From Candidatus Binatia bacterium (GTDB lineage: Bacteria > Desulfobacterota > Binatia > HRBIN30), in contig JBBRSP010000002.1 of NCBI GenBank assembly GCA_038245295.1, forward strand, positions 96,001 to 160,000: a stretch of 64,000 bases of DNA, given 5' to 3'. A program made the translations under genes and the position numbers. Shown here one piece after another: positions 28,223-36,593 of the stretch. Within the stretch, counting starts at the first letter, position 1. Each line of letters opens with the position of its first letter. The notes below the pieces were generated by a model. It did not search any database. It saw only the letters and a program-made list of their open reading frames with translations, and was not told the DNA's origin.

Positions 28223-29587
28223 TCACGCCGGAACGCTGGGCAGCCCCGACAGCGCCATCGCTAGCTCGGCTTCGTCGTAGGGCTGGTCGACCAGTTTGCC
28301 GGCGGCGTAGTTGCTGTAGGCCGACATGTCGAAGTGGCCGTGGCCGCACAGGTTGAAGAGGATCACCTCCGAGCGCCCTTCCTTCTTGCATCGCAGCGCT
28401 TCGTTGATCGCCCCAAGTACGGCGTGATTGGCTTCCGGTGCCGGCACGATGCCTTCGGCGCGGGCGAACATCACGCCGGCGTCGAAACACGCATTCTGAT
28501 GATAGGCCGTCGCTTCGATCAGGCCGAGCTGGGCCAGGTGCGACACCAGCGGCGCCATGCCGTGGTAGCGCAGACCGCCGGCGTGGAATCCCGGCGGTGT
28601 GAAGGTCGAGCCCAACGTGTGCATCTTGGTCAGCGGTGTCAGATGAGCCGTGTCGCCGAAGTCGTAGGCGTACTTGCCGCGTGTCAGCGACGGACACGCC
28701 GCCGGCTCGACCGCGACGATGCGGCGTTTCCTACCGCCGCGCAGTTGCGCGCCTAGGAAGGGAAAGGCGATACCCGCGAAATTCGACCCGCCTCCCGTGC
28801 AGCCGACGATGACGTCGGGATCGTCGCCGGCCATCTCGAGCTGCAGCATCGCCTCTTGGCCGATGATGGTCTGGTGCATCAGCACGTGGTTGAGCACCGA
28901 GCCGAGCGCGTACTTGGTGTCGTCGCGTGTCGCGGCGACCTCGACGGCTTCCGAGATCGCAATGCCGAGTGACCCCGGGTGGTTCGGATCCTTCTCAAGG
29001 ATGGCGCGGCCGGAGCTCGTTTCGTTCGACGGCGAGGCAATACAGCGCGCACCGTAGGTTTCCATCAAGGCGCGGCGGTAAGGCTTCTGATCGTAGGACA
29101 CACGCACCTGGAACACCGTGACGTCGATGCCGAACAGCGCGCCGGCAAAGGCCAACGCCGAACCCCACTGCCCGGCCCCGGTCTCGGTGGCGATCTTCTT
29201 GATGCCGGCCTGCTGATTGTACCAGGCCTGCGGAATGGCGGTGTTGGGCTTGTGCGAGCCGGCCGGCGAGACACCTTCGTACTTGTAGTAGATGCGCGCC
29301 GTGGTCCCGAGCACCTTCTCCAAGCGGTGTGCCCGAATCAGCGGCGACGGGCGCCACATGCGGAGGACGTCGCGCACTGGCTCGGGAATCTCCACCTCGC
29401 GCTCGGTGCTGACTTCCTGTTTGATCAGCTCCATCGGAAACAGCGGCGCCAGATCGTCGGGCCCGATTGGTTGCAGCGTCCCCGGGTGCAGCACCGTCGG
29501 CGCCGGCACCGGCAGATCGGCCGCGATGTTGTACCAGTGCTTTGGCATCTTGCTCTCGTCGAGCAGGAATTTGGTTTGGGTGCTCAT
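28223..29587 (-). CDS. trpB2: TrpB2-type tryptophan synthase beta chain (stand-alone)
   Basis: WYNIAADLP, KYEGVSPAGSHKPNTA (PLP Lys), TETGAGQWG, GGGSNFAG, NLCGHGHFD; no trpA nearby. Confidence 0.93.
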   Translation of the reverse strand: MSTQTKFLLDESKMPKHWYNIAADLPVPAPTVLHPGTLQPIGPDDLAPLFPMELIKQEVSTEREVEIPEPVRDVLRMWRPSPLIRAHRLEKVLGTTARIYYKYEGVSPAGSHKPNTAIPQAWYNQQAGIKKIATETGAGQWGSALAFAGALFGIDVTVFQVRVSYDQKPYRRALMETYGARCIASPSNETSSGRAILEKDPNHPGSLGIAISEAVEVAATRDDTKYALGSVLNHVLMHQTIIGQEAMLQLEMAGDDPDVIVGCTGGGSNFAGIAFPFLGAQLRGGRKRRIVAVEPAACPSLTRGKYAYDFGDTAHLTPLTKMHTLGSTFTPPGFHAGGLRYHGMAPLVSHLAQLGLIEATAYHQNACFDAGVMFARAEGIVPAPEANHAVLGAINEALRCKKEGRSEVILFNLCGHGHFDMSAYSNYAAGKLVDQPYDEAELAMALSGLPSVPA

Positions 29588-29644
29588 GGGGTTCTCCTCG
29601 TCAAAGGGCTCGTGGCATGGCGGGAAACGCGGCAGATTGCGAGA

Positions 29645-29755
29645 TCATGATCGACCGGTGTCCGGCGATCGGAAGTTTAGGCGGATCTTGAGTGACTGCA
29701 CCAGTTTCAGTTCGTCCTGCGGTAGGGTGACACTGGACTTGGCATTGCTTCTCAT
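29645..29755 (-). pseudogene. Possible ribbon-helix-helix antitoxin N-terminal remnant
   Basis: MRSNAKSSVTLPQDELKLVQSLKIRL resembles an RHH beta-strand and helix, then degenerates; GGTATG direct repeat at the start. Confidence 0.35.
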
Positions 29756-29831
29756 ACCTTTCGCATACCCACGTTGCACTGCAGCCACAAGCAGCGGGAG
29801 TGGGTCCGTTTGGTCCCCAATGGTAGGCAAC

Positions 29832-29955
29832 GTCATCCCGGCGAAAGTGACTGTCGTAAAACCAAAGTGGAGCAACGTCATCCCGGTGAAAACCGGGATC
29901 TCCTCCTGCTGGAAACCTCGGAAGCTCGCGAGATACCGGCTTTCGCCGGAATGAC
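29832..29955. repeat. GTCATYCCGG palindromic repeat element, copy 3 (reverse orientation)
   Basis: Reverse complement aligns with 794-917 and 9786-9909 including the internal spacer. Confidence 0.85.
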
Positions 29956-30138
29956 GTCGGTGGGCTTTCAAATGTGCGATCAGAGAAAATCGACGGTCTC
30001 GGTCGCCGGAATGCCGAGTCCTCGCCGCCTCGGTTTTCAAATGGCCCCACTACCCAAGCAGTGCCTTCCAACTTTGGTCGCAGTGCTGGCCGACCGGTTC
30101 ATTGGCTTTTGGACGGCGGGGAATTATACGGACTCGCT

Positions 30139-30789
30139 ATGCGATTCTCGGCCCGGGGTGCTTGGCGCTTGGTCTTGTCGGCCCTGTGTTTGCTCCGTGC
30201 GAGCACGGGGTTGGCGCAACTTTGCGCCGCGCCGGAGCGCTGCCTCGAGTTGATCGAGGCACAGCAGCGCCAGACGCGCAGCCTCGCGGCGCGGTTCACG
30301 CAAACCAAACATCTCAGCCTGATGAACGATCCGTTGATCAATCATGGTCGCTTCGCGTTCCGCATGCCCGATACCGTGCTGTGGGAAATGGAAGATCCGT
30401 CGTTCATCATCCGCATCGATCACAATGGGCTCTCGCTGCCGAACCGGCCTGACTTGCAAGGCGAGGTACAAGCGATGGCACCGCTGACGACGATGCTGCG
30501 CGAGATGTCGTCGGTCTTCACCGGCGCCACCACGGTGTTGCGCGAGCGCTTCGTCGTCACCACCGAATCGACCGACACGGAGATCACACTGCACTTGCAG
30601 CCACGCCAGGCGGAGTGGGCGCGTATGTTCAGCGCCGTCGACCTGACCTTCCGCGCTCCCGACTTCGTCATCGCCCGCCTGCAGATGCAGGAGAGCATCG
30701 GCGATCGGCTGGTGATCGATTTCACCGAAATGCACCGCAACGACAACACCGCCGAGCTCTGGCTTGCCGGCGCGACGCCCAAACCATGA
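30139..30789 (+). CDS. LolA-like periplasmic lipid/lipoprotein carrier
   Basis: Signal peptide; LAARFTQTKHLSLM..GRFAFRMPD.VLWE; GDRLVIDF; first gene of the LolA-DH-lipoprotein-MMPL operon. Confidence 0.8.
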   Translation: MRFSARGAWRLVLSALCLLRASTGLAQLCAAPERCLELIEAQQRQTRSLAARFTQTKHLSLMNDPLINHGRFAFRMPDTVLWEMEDPSFIIRIDHNGLSLPNRPDLQGEVQAMAPLTTMLREMSSVFTGATTVLRERFVVTTESTDTEITLHLQPRQAEWARMFSAVDLTFRAPDFVIARLQMQESIGDRLVIDFTEMHRNDNTAELWLAGATPKP

Positions 30790-31187
30790 GTCTGCCCGAC
30801 GCTCTGCCACAGCGTTTCCCGTTCGTCCTGCTCGATCGTATCGTCGAAGTGCAACCGGGGGTTGCGGTTACCGCCGAACGTACCCTGACTCACGACGATC
30901 CCCTGCTCGATCCGCAAGGCGCATTGCTGCCGGTGCTACTCGTGGAAGCAATGGCCCAATGTGCCGGCTACGCCGCCTTTGATCCCAGCCGTCGTATCGG
31001 CGGCATGCTCGTTCGCATCAGTCGTTTCCGCTGTCGGCGCGGTGCCGACGCCGGTTGTGTGCTGCGCGTCAACGCCCGCATCGTGCGGGTCTTCGGCCAG
31101 ACCGTGAAGGCACGCGCGGCCGTGCGCGTCGGGCGACGCGTCGTCGCGGCGGCGGAGCTGACGCTGCAACTGTCGGAGTACAAATGA
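30786..31187 (+). CDS. FabZ/FabA-like hotdog dehydratase subunit (canonical catalytic His not evident)
   Basis: LPQRFPFVLLDRI, LLVEAMAQ; no GHFP motif; ATGA coupling at both ends. Confidence 0.8.
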   Translation: MSLPDALPQRFPFVLLDRIVEVQPGVAVTAERTLTHDDPLLDPQGALLPVLLVEAMAQCAGYAAFDPSRRIGGMLVRISRFRCRRGADAGCVLRVNARIVRVFGQTVKARAAVRVGRRVVAAAELTLQLSEYK

Positions 31188-31873
31188 AGCGGCGGCTCCT
31201 CGGCGGAGCGCTGCTGGTCTGCCTGGCCGCCTGCGCCGCGCCGCCGGCCGCGCACCCGCCGCAGGTACCGTTGACCCTCGGCGAGCAAGAGGCACGCATC
31301 CACACATTACGCGCGCAATTCAAAGCGAAGGTCACAACCCGCGACACCGAACGCAATGCCGCGGGTGTGCTCCTGGTGCAGAAGCCTGATCGCTTCCGCC
31401 TGCGCATGTCGTCGCCGTTCGGCATGACGGTGATGGACTACTTGAGCGTCGACCGGCACACACGCTTGGATTTGCCGATGAACCAGAAGGTTCTGTTCGA
31501 CGATGCCATCGACGCCGGCAACGCGTTCCACACAACCGACCTGCGCGCCGCCTTCTTACGCGGTCCGGATGCCTACCCGCCGCCGTGCCAGTCGACGGAA
31601 AGCAACGACGCAACGCTACTCGACTGCGGGTTGCGGCATCTCACGCTGCACGGCGGCGATCTGGCAACCGAGAGTGAATCGGACGAGGCCGGGGTGCGCC
31701 TGACCGCCGCCTACACCGACATCCGCGACGTCGGCGGTATGCGGATGCCGTTTTCGATCATCATGCAATACCCGCGTGACGGCGTGACACTCGAAGTCAC
31801 GATCGTGCGCTACGAGATCAACCCGGCCTTCTCCGAAGAACTATTCCGCGCCGGTGAGTGGCCGCCGCGATGA
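31184..31873 (+). CDS. Lipoprotein, probable LolB/DUF4292-like fold
   Basis: MKRR + hydrophobic core + LAAC lipobox; KPDRFRLRMSSPFG; YTDIR..G..MP..I; YEINP. Confidence 0.65.
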   Translation: MKRRLLGGALLVCLAACAAPPAAHPPQVPLTLGEQEARIHTLRAQFKAKVTTRDTERNAAGVLLVQKPDRFRLRMSSPFGMTVMDYLSVDRHTRLDLPMNQKVLFDDAIDAGNAFHTTDLRAAFLRGPDAYPPPCQSTESNDATLLDCGLRHLTLHGGDLATESESDEAGVRLTAAYTDIRDVGGMRMPFSIIMQYPRDGVTLEVTIVRYEINPAFSEELFRAGEWPPR

Positions 31874-34347
31874 ACGATCGCAGTGAGCGCTGGGCCGGCT
31901 GGATCGCGCGCTGGTATCGCTGGATCCTGATCATCTCGTTGATCATTTCCGTTGGAGCGGCGTGGTCGCTGACGCGTCTGCGTCTGGACATCGACGTTCT
32001 CAGCATGCTGCCGGCGGGATCACCCGGCTTCGACAACTTCAAGACGTTGATTGCCGACTTCGGGCAGCTCGATGAGCTCGTTGTGTTGATCGACGGCGAC
32101 AGACCCGAGCAGGCGCAGGAGTTTGCCGATCTGTTCACGGCGCGCGTCGCCGCGCTGGGGTCGGTGAGCAGTGTGCAGGGCAAACTCGATCCGACGCGCC
32201 TGTTTGACGAGCTCTTCGGGCGCCACAGCTTGAACTACCTTTCCACCGAGCAGATTCGTCAGCTCAACGAGCAACTCAGCACCGACCACATCGAGGAGAC
32301 CATGCGCGGCAATCGCGCCGCCTTGCAGGCGCCGCTTGATCTGCAGGCGGGACAGTGGATTCGCCGCGACCCGCTCGGCATCGCGCGATTGGCGGCGCAA
32401 GGGCTGTCGGATACCTTCGGCGAGCGCAAACTCGGGCCGACCAACGGATACCTCAGCAGCACCGATGGACGCGCCGTTCTCGTGCTCATCCGACCAACAG
32501 GGAGTCCGTTCGACGCGCCATTCACCACCGAGTTTATCGCCGCTGTGCGCGCCGCCGAGGACGCAACCCACCGAGCGACCAACGACTGGAGCGCCGTGCG
32601 CGTGCGCTACACCGGCAGTTACGCTTTCGCACACGAGGATGCCGCAACCATCCAGGCGGACATCACCCGCTACACCGTCCTCGCCTTGCTCGGTGTGCTG
32701 GCGATCTTCTACGCCGGTTATCGCAACCTGCGAATCATCCCCTTCGTCACCTACCCGACATTGCTCGGCACACTGATCACCTTCGTGCTGTCCCTGGCGA
32801 TCTACGACCAGCTCAATGCCGTCTCGATGACCTTCGCGGCAATCTTGTACGGTGTCTCCATCGACTCCGGCATCCAGTACTACACGCGTCTGGTGCAGGA
32901 GCTCCGCAGCAAGGATCTGCCCCGCGCCGTCGCCGCCACGGTGCGTGGTTTGGGTGCGGCGAATATCATCGCTTCCACGACGACTGCGGCCGGGTTCGCG
33001 GTGATTGGCATGTCGCGTATCGTCGGCATCAGCCAGCTTGGTTACCTGACGGCGCTCGGTATGCTGATCGACATCGCCGAGTTCTTCCTGATCTATCCGG
33101 CGCTCAGCTTCATCATGTCGCCGCGGGCTCTCGCCGATCGGCAAATCGAGACGCCACGCCTCGGGGCTATTACGGCGGCCTCGGTACGGCTCGCCTGGCC
33201 GATCACGCTCGCCACCGCGGCGATCACGGTGGTGCTGGCTCTGGTGGCGAGCGGCACCGACTTCGATGTCGACCTGACGAGCTTGCGGCCCGGTGGGACA
33301 CAAGCCGCGGCGGTGCAGGAGGAGATCGCGACGCGGTTCATCGGCAAAGCCGACAGTGGTGCCATCCTGGTGCGCGGCGGCAGCGTCGACGCGGCGCTGG
33401 AGGCAAGCGAGAAGCTCAACACGATTCTCGAGAAGTATCGCCGCGACGGACTGCTCAGCGAAGTCCATTCGATTACACCGCTGTTGCCCTCGGCCCACAC
33501 ACAGCGCGAACGCTTGGCCGCCGCCACGGCGCTGCCGCGCGAACGTATCGTCGCCGACCTACGTGCCGCCAGCGAGCATCAGGGATTTCGTCGCGAAGCG
33601 TTCGAGGGCTTCGCCGAACAATTCCTGCATCCAGACACGTCGATCGTTTCCTACGATGATCCGGCTCTAGGTGCACTCGCCGGCTTGGTGCAGCATCATG
33701 TCCGCGTCCACGACTCGACCGTGCGGATCGCCACCTATATCGAACCCGTCGCCGGAACGCGGCTCAGCGCCATCGCCGAGCGGCTTGGGCACGACGCGGC
33801 GGGTATCGACATGATCGTTGCCGGACGCGGCATGATGGAGGAAGACCTATCGCACCTGTTGAAACGCGAGCTGACTTTATTCTGCTTGGCGGCGTTCTTG
33901 CTGAACCTGGTGCTGATCGTCTGGCGTTTTCCATCGCTGCGTGACGCGGCGGCGTTGCTCTATCCCGAGCTGCTGGTGATTCTGGCGTTCTTGGCCATCC
34001 TGCACCTCAGCGGCCTGCGCCTCGATCCAGTCAGCGTGATCGTCGTGCCGATCATCCTCGGCATCGGTGTGAACAACTGCGTCTACATCGCCGAGCGGGC
34101 ACGCCGCGGCATGGTACTCGGGGAGGCGGTGCGCCTCGGTGGCCGCGCGCTGGTGCTATGTTCGCTAACGGCGACGGCCGGCTTCGGCTTCCTCGGTATG
34201 TCGGACTACCCGGCGCTGTCGCGCATGGGGCTGCTGGCCGCGGCGAGCCTGCTCCTATGCCTGATCACCTCGCTCACGGTTCTGCCGGCGTTGTGGTCGG
34301 TGGGAAGAGCAGATGCGTCCTCGCCGGGCGCTGGGCGCCGCGGGTAG
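31870..34347 (+). CDS. MMPL/RND family lipid exporter
   Basis: Two repeats of 1+5 TM segments with large loops; GVSIDSGIQ and GIGVNNCV at TM4/TM10; TTTAAGF and LTATAGF. Confidence 0.88.
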   Translation: MNDRSERWAGWIARWYRWILIISLIISVGAAWSLTRLRLDIDVLSMLPAGSPGFDNFKTLIADFGQLDELVVLIDGDRPEQAQEFADLFTARVAALGSVSSVQGKLDPTRLFDELFGRHSLNYLSTEQIRQLNEQLSTDHIEETMRGNRAALQAPLDLQAGQWIRRDPLGIARLAAQGLSDTFGERKLGPTNGYLSSTDGRAVLVLIRPTGSPFDAPFTTEFIAAVRAAEDATHRATNDWSAVRVRYTGSYAFAHEDAATIQADITRYTVLALLGVLAIFYAGYRNLRIIPFVTYPTLLGTLITFVLSLAIYDQLNAVSMTFAAILYGVSIDSGIQYYTRLVQELRSKDLPRAVAATVRGLGAANIIASTTTAAGFAVIGMSRIVGISQLGYLTALGMLIDIAEFFLIYPALSFIMSPRALADRQIETPRLGAITAASVRLAWPITLATAAITVVLALVASGTDFDVDLTSLRPGGTQAAAVQEEIATRFIGKADSGAILVRGGSVDAALEASEKLNTILEKYRRDGLLSEVHSITPLLPSAHTQRERLAAATALPRERIVADLRAASEHQGFRREAFEGFAEQFLHPDTSIVSYDDPALGALAGLVQHHVRVHDSTVRIATYIEPVAGTRLSAIAERLGHDAAGIDMIVAGRGMMEEDLSHLLKRELTLFCLAAFLLNLVLIVWRFPSLRDAAALLYPELLVILAFLAILHLSGLRLDPVSVIVVPIILGIGVNNCVYIAERARRGMVLGEAVRLGGRALVLCSLTATAGFGFLGMSDYPALSRMGLLAAASLLLCLITSLTVLPALWSVGRADASSPGAGRRG

Positions 34348-34458
34348 GGCGTGGGCGCGGGATCGAGTGCACGCTGAAGTTTGCGCCTACCGAGTTCAAA
34401 GGCGCACAGCCAGGTGCAGATCAACGCGCCAGGCGGGCGCTGATCCAAAATTGAGACA

Positions 34459-35553
34459 CTACCGGGCGCTCACATCGGGCAGTGCCGATAGTGCCGTCGT
34501 GCGGCCGAGTTGGTACCAATACGCCGTACTCGAGTAGTCGTTAGCCAGGGCGTTGTTGTGGCCGGTTTCGATGCTGACGCGGATCGACTTCTCGAAACGA
34601 ATCGGGTCTTCGATGTGGAAGCGGTACATCGAGTTCTTGCCGCCCCAGGGCCACTCTTCGGTGCCGCTGTAGAGCGTGATGCCGTGGTAGGGGGCGCTGT
34701 ATTCCTGTGTCGGGCAGAAGGCGGTGTTGAAGTAATCTTCGGTGCCGGTGCCTTGCAGGCGCGGCGGCCACGGCTCGCCGTCGATGAAGATCATGTCGTC
34801 GCCTTCGCCGTACCAGTCATTCACCTGGCGATCAAAGACGTTGATGTTGAGGTTGCAGCCGACATAGTGGCCGTTGCCCTGGACATCCAGAATGACGTAG
34901 TTGCGTTCGCCGGTGAGATTGGGCTGCCGCCACGGGCCCCGCAGGGCGAGGCCGGGACCAGACGGTCGCTCGTCCGTATAGCCGTAGTCGCGGCGTGTGT
35001 ACCCTTGCTCGCGCGCCGTGCCGGCGGTTGGGTTGACGCGGTTCCACCAGGCATGGAAACGCGCCTGGTCGGGGTCACACGCTTCATGTTCTTCGTAGTC
35101 GATGTAGAAATAGAAGATGCGGCGCTGGCTACCCTGATTCTCGACCTCGACGCGCGCCCCTTGCGCGAACGGCATCGGGAACCAACAGTTGAAGCTCTTG
35201 CCGTCCTGCGGGCTCATTTGCAGCGGCAGGGAAACGAAATTGCGGCGCAGGCCGAAGCCGAGTCCGAAGAAATCGCCGAGCGGCACTTCGACGCTTGGCG
35301 TCGGTTCGCCATCCCAGAACATGCGCAGGACAGTCTGTCGCAGCTCCTGAGCTTCCTCCGGCCACGACATCATGGTCATCCAAATGTGTCGCACACAGCC
35401 CGCGCCGGCGATCTCGCCGATGATCTTGCACTCACCGGGCTCGATCAGAACGGCGTCGAAGTTGCCGCCGCTCCGATCCCATGAAGAAAGCCGCTGACTC
35501 TTGTACCGGCGCAGGCGCGCCAGATTGGCCAACGAGCCGCTGCCTAGATCCAT
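34459..35553 (-). CDS. DUF2961 / glycoside hydrolase family 172-like protein
   Basis: SSWDRSGGN.D, VEVPLGDFFG, NCWFPMPF, WYGEGDD, GTGTEDYFN, YRFHIEDPI.F, SSTAYWYQ. Confidence 0.85.
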   Translation of the reverse strand: MDLGSGSLANLARLRRYKSQRLSSWDRSGGNFDAVLIEPGECKIIGEIAGAGCVRHIWMTMMSWPEEAQELRQTVLRMFWDGEPTPSVEVPLGDFFGLGFGLRRNFVSLPLQMSPQDGKSFNCWFPMPFAQGARVEVENQGSQRRIFYFYIDYEEHEACDPDQARFHAWWNRVNPTAGTAREQGYTRRDYGYTDERPSGPGLALRGPWRQPNLTGERNYVILDVQGNGHYVGCNLNINVFDRQVNDWYGEGDDMIFIDGEPWPPRLQGTGTEDYFNTAFCPTQEYSAPYHGITLYSGTEEWPWGGKNSMYRFHIEDPIRFEKSIRVSIETGHNNALANDYSSTAYWYQLGRTTALSALPDVSAR

Positions 35554-35555
35554 CG

Positions 35556-36587
35556 TTACTCCTGAGCTGGAGGAGGAGTCTCGCCACCACCTTCGCCGCC
35601 TGCACCCCCTTCGCTGCCTGCACCCCCTTCGCTGCCTGCACCACCGCCGCCGCCGCCGCGCCGCCCACGGCCGCGCTCGCGACCGCGACCGGCGCTGATT
35701 CCCTTCGGCAGGATCACCAGCTTGCGATAGAAACCCTCGCCGGAGCTCTTGGTGGTCAACTCGGCGTCGCCCTGCAGCGCCAAATGGACAATGCGGCGAT
35801 CGCGCGGGCTCATGGGATTCAACGTCACGGGACGTTTGCGTTGCTTGGCTTGTTCGGCCATGCGCGTCGCCATCTGTTCCAGCGACTCGCGCCGCCGCGC
35901 CCGGTAGTTCTCCGAATCGACGACCAGGCGAACCGCATCGGTCTGATCTTTCAGAACGATTCGATTGAGGACGTACTCGAGGGCGTCGAGCATCTGCCCG
36001 CGGCGTCCGATCATCAGGCCGCTGCCGTCGCTGACGATATCGAGCACGGCCGAGTCTTCTTCCTGGCGCACGTTCACCGTCGCCTCGGCACCGATCTGCC
36101 CGATGATCTCCTGCAGAATCCCGCGCGCTTTCTCGACCAATGCCGCGTCGATGGGTGCTTCGGACTCAGCACGCGGGGCGGCCGGTGGACGCGGCGTAGC
36201 CGGCCGTGGTGGTGCAGGTGGCCGCGGCGCCGATGGTGCCCTCGGAGGTGTTGGGCCGCGTGATCCGCCAGGGGGGCGGGCAGCCGACGAGACAGGAGCG
36301 CGCCGCCTCTCCGGTCGACCGAGAAGCGGCTGTTCTTCGTATGGATAATCCGGGGCGCTGACCACCGTCTGATCGGTCGCCGGTGCCGGCGGTGCACCCT
36401 CGGGACGCATCGTCGCGCGAACTCGGGCACGGCGCGAGCCGAATCCGAGGAGTCGGCGTGAACCGCCGCCGAGAACTTCGACATCTACTCGGTCGCGTTC
36501 GACGCCGAGCATCAAGAGAGCGCTCTCCGTCGCTGATTCGACGGTTTCGCCTTCCGCTTCTACTGACTCCAGTGGTGTGTTTCCCAT
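35556..36587 (-). CDS. jag: Jag/KhpB (EloR) RNA-binding protein (Jag_N, KH, R3H)
   Basis: Jag_N N-terminus, IGRRGQMLDALEY (KH), RRIVH (R3H); follows yidC. Confidence 0.92.
   Translation of the reverse strand: MGNTPLESVEAEGETVESATESALLMLGVERDRVDVEVLGGGSRRLLGFGSRRARVRATMRPEGAPPAPATDQTVVSAPDYPYEEQPLLGRPERRRAPVSSAARPPGGSRGPTPPRAPSAPRPPAPPRPATPRPPAAPRAESEAPIDAALVEKARGILQEIIGQIGAEATVNVRQEEDSAVLDIVSDGSGLMIGRRGQMLDALEYVLNRIVLKDQTDAVRLVVDSENYRARRRESLEQMATRMAEQAKQRKRPVTLNPMSPRDRRIVHLALQGDAELTTKSSGEGFYRKLVILPKGISAGRGRERGRGRRGGGGGGAGSEGGAGSEGGAGGEGGGETPPPAQE
35590..35643. repeat. In-frame 18-bp tandem repeat x3 in the jag 3' end
   Basis: CCTTCGCYGCCTGCACCM x3 encoding GGAGSE/GGAGGE. Confidence 0.85.
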
Positions 36588-36593
36588 GGTCCC

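Noticed and set aside
28223..29587. trpB2 as a dedicated member of the halogenase/PKS pathway
   Set aside because: Opposite strand, flanked by a TA remnant and a repeat; stand-alone TrpB2 is common; no direct link is visible
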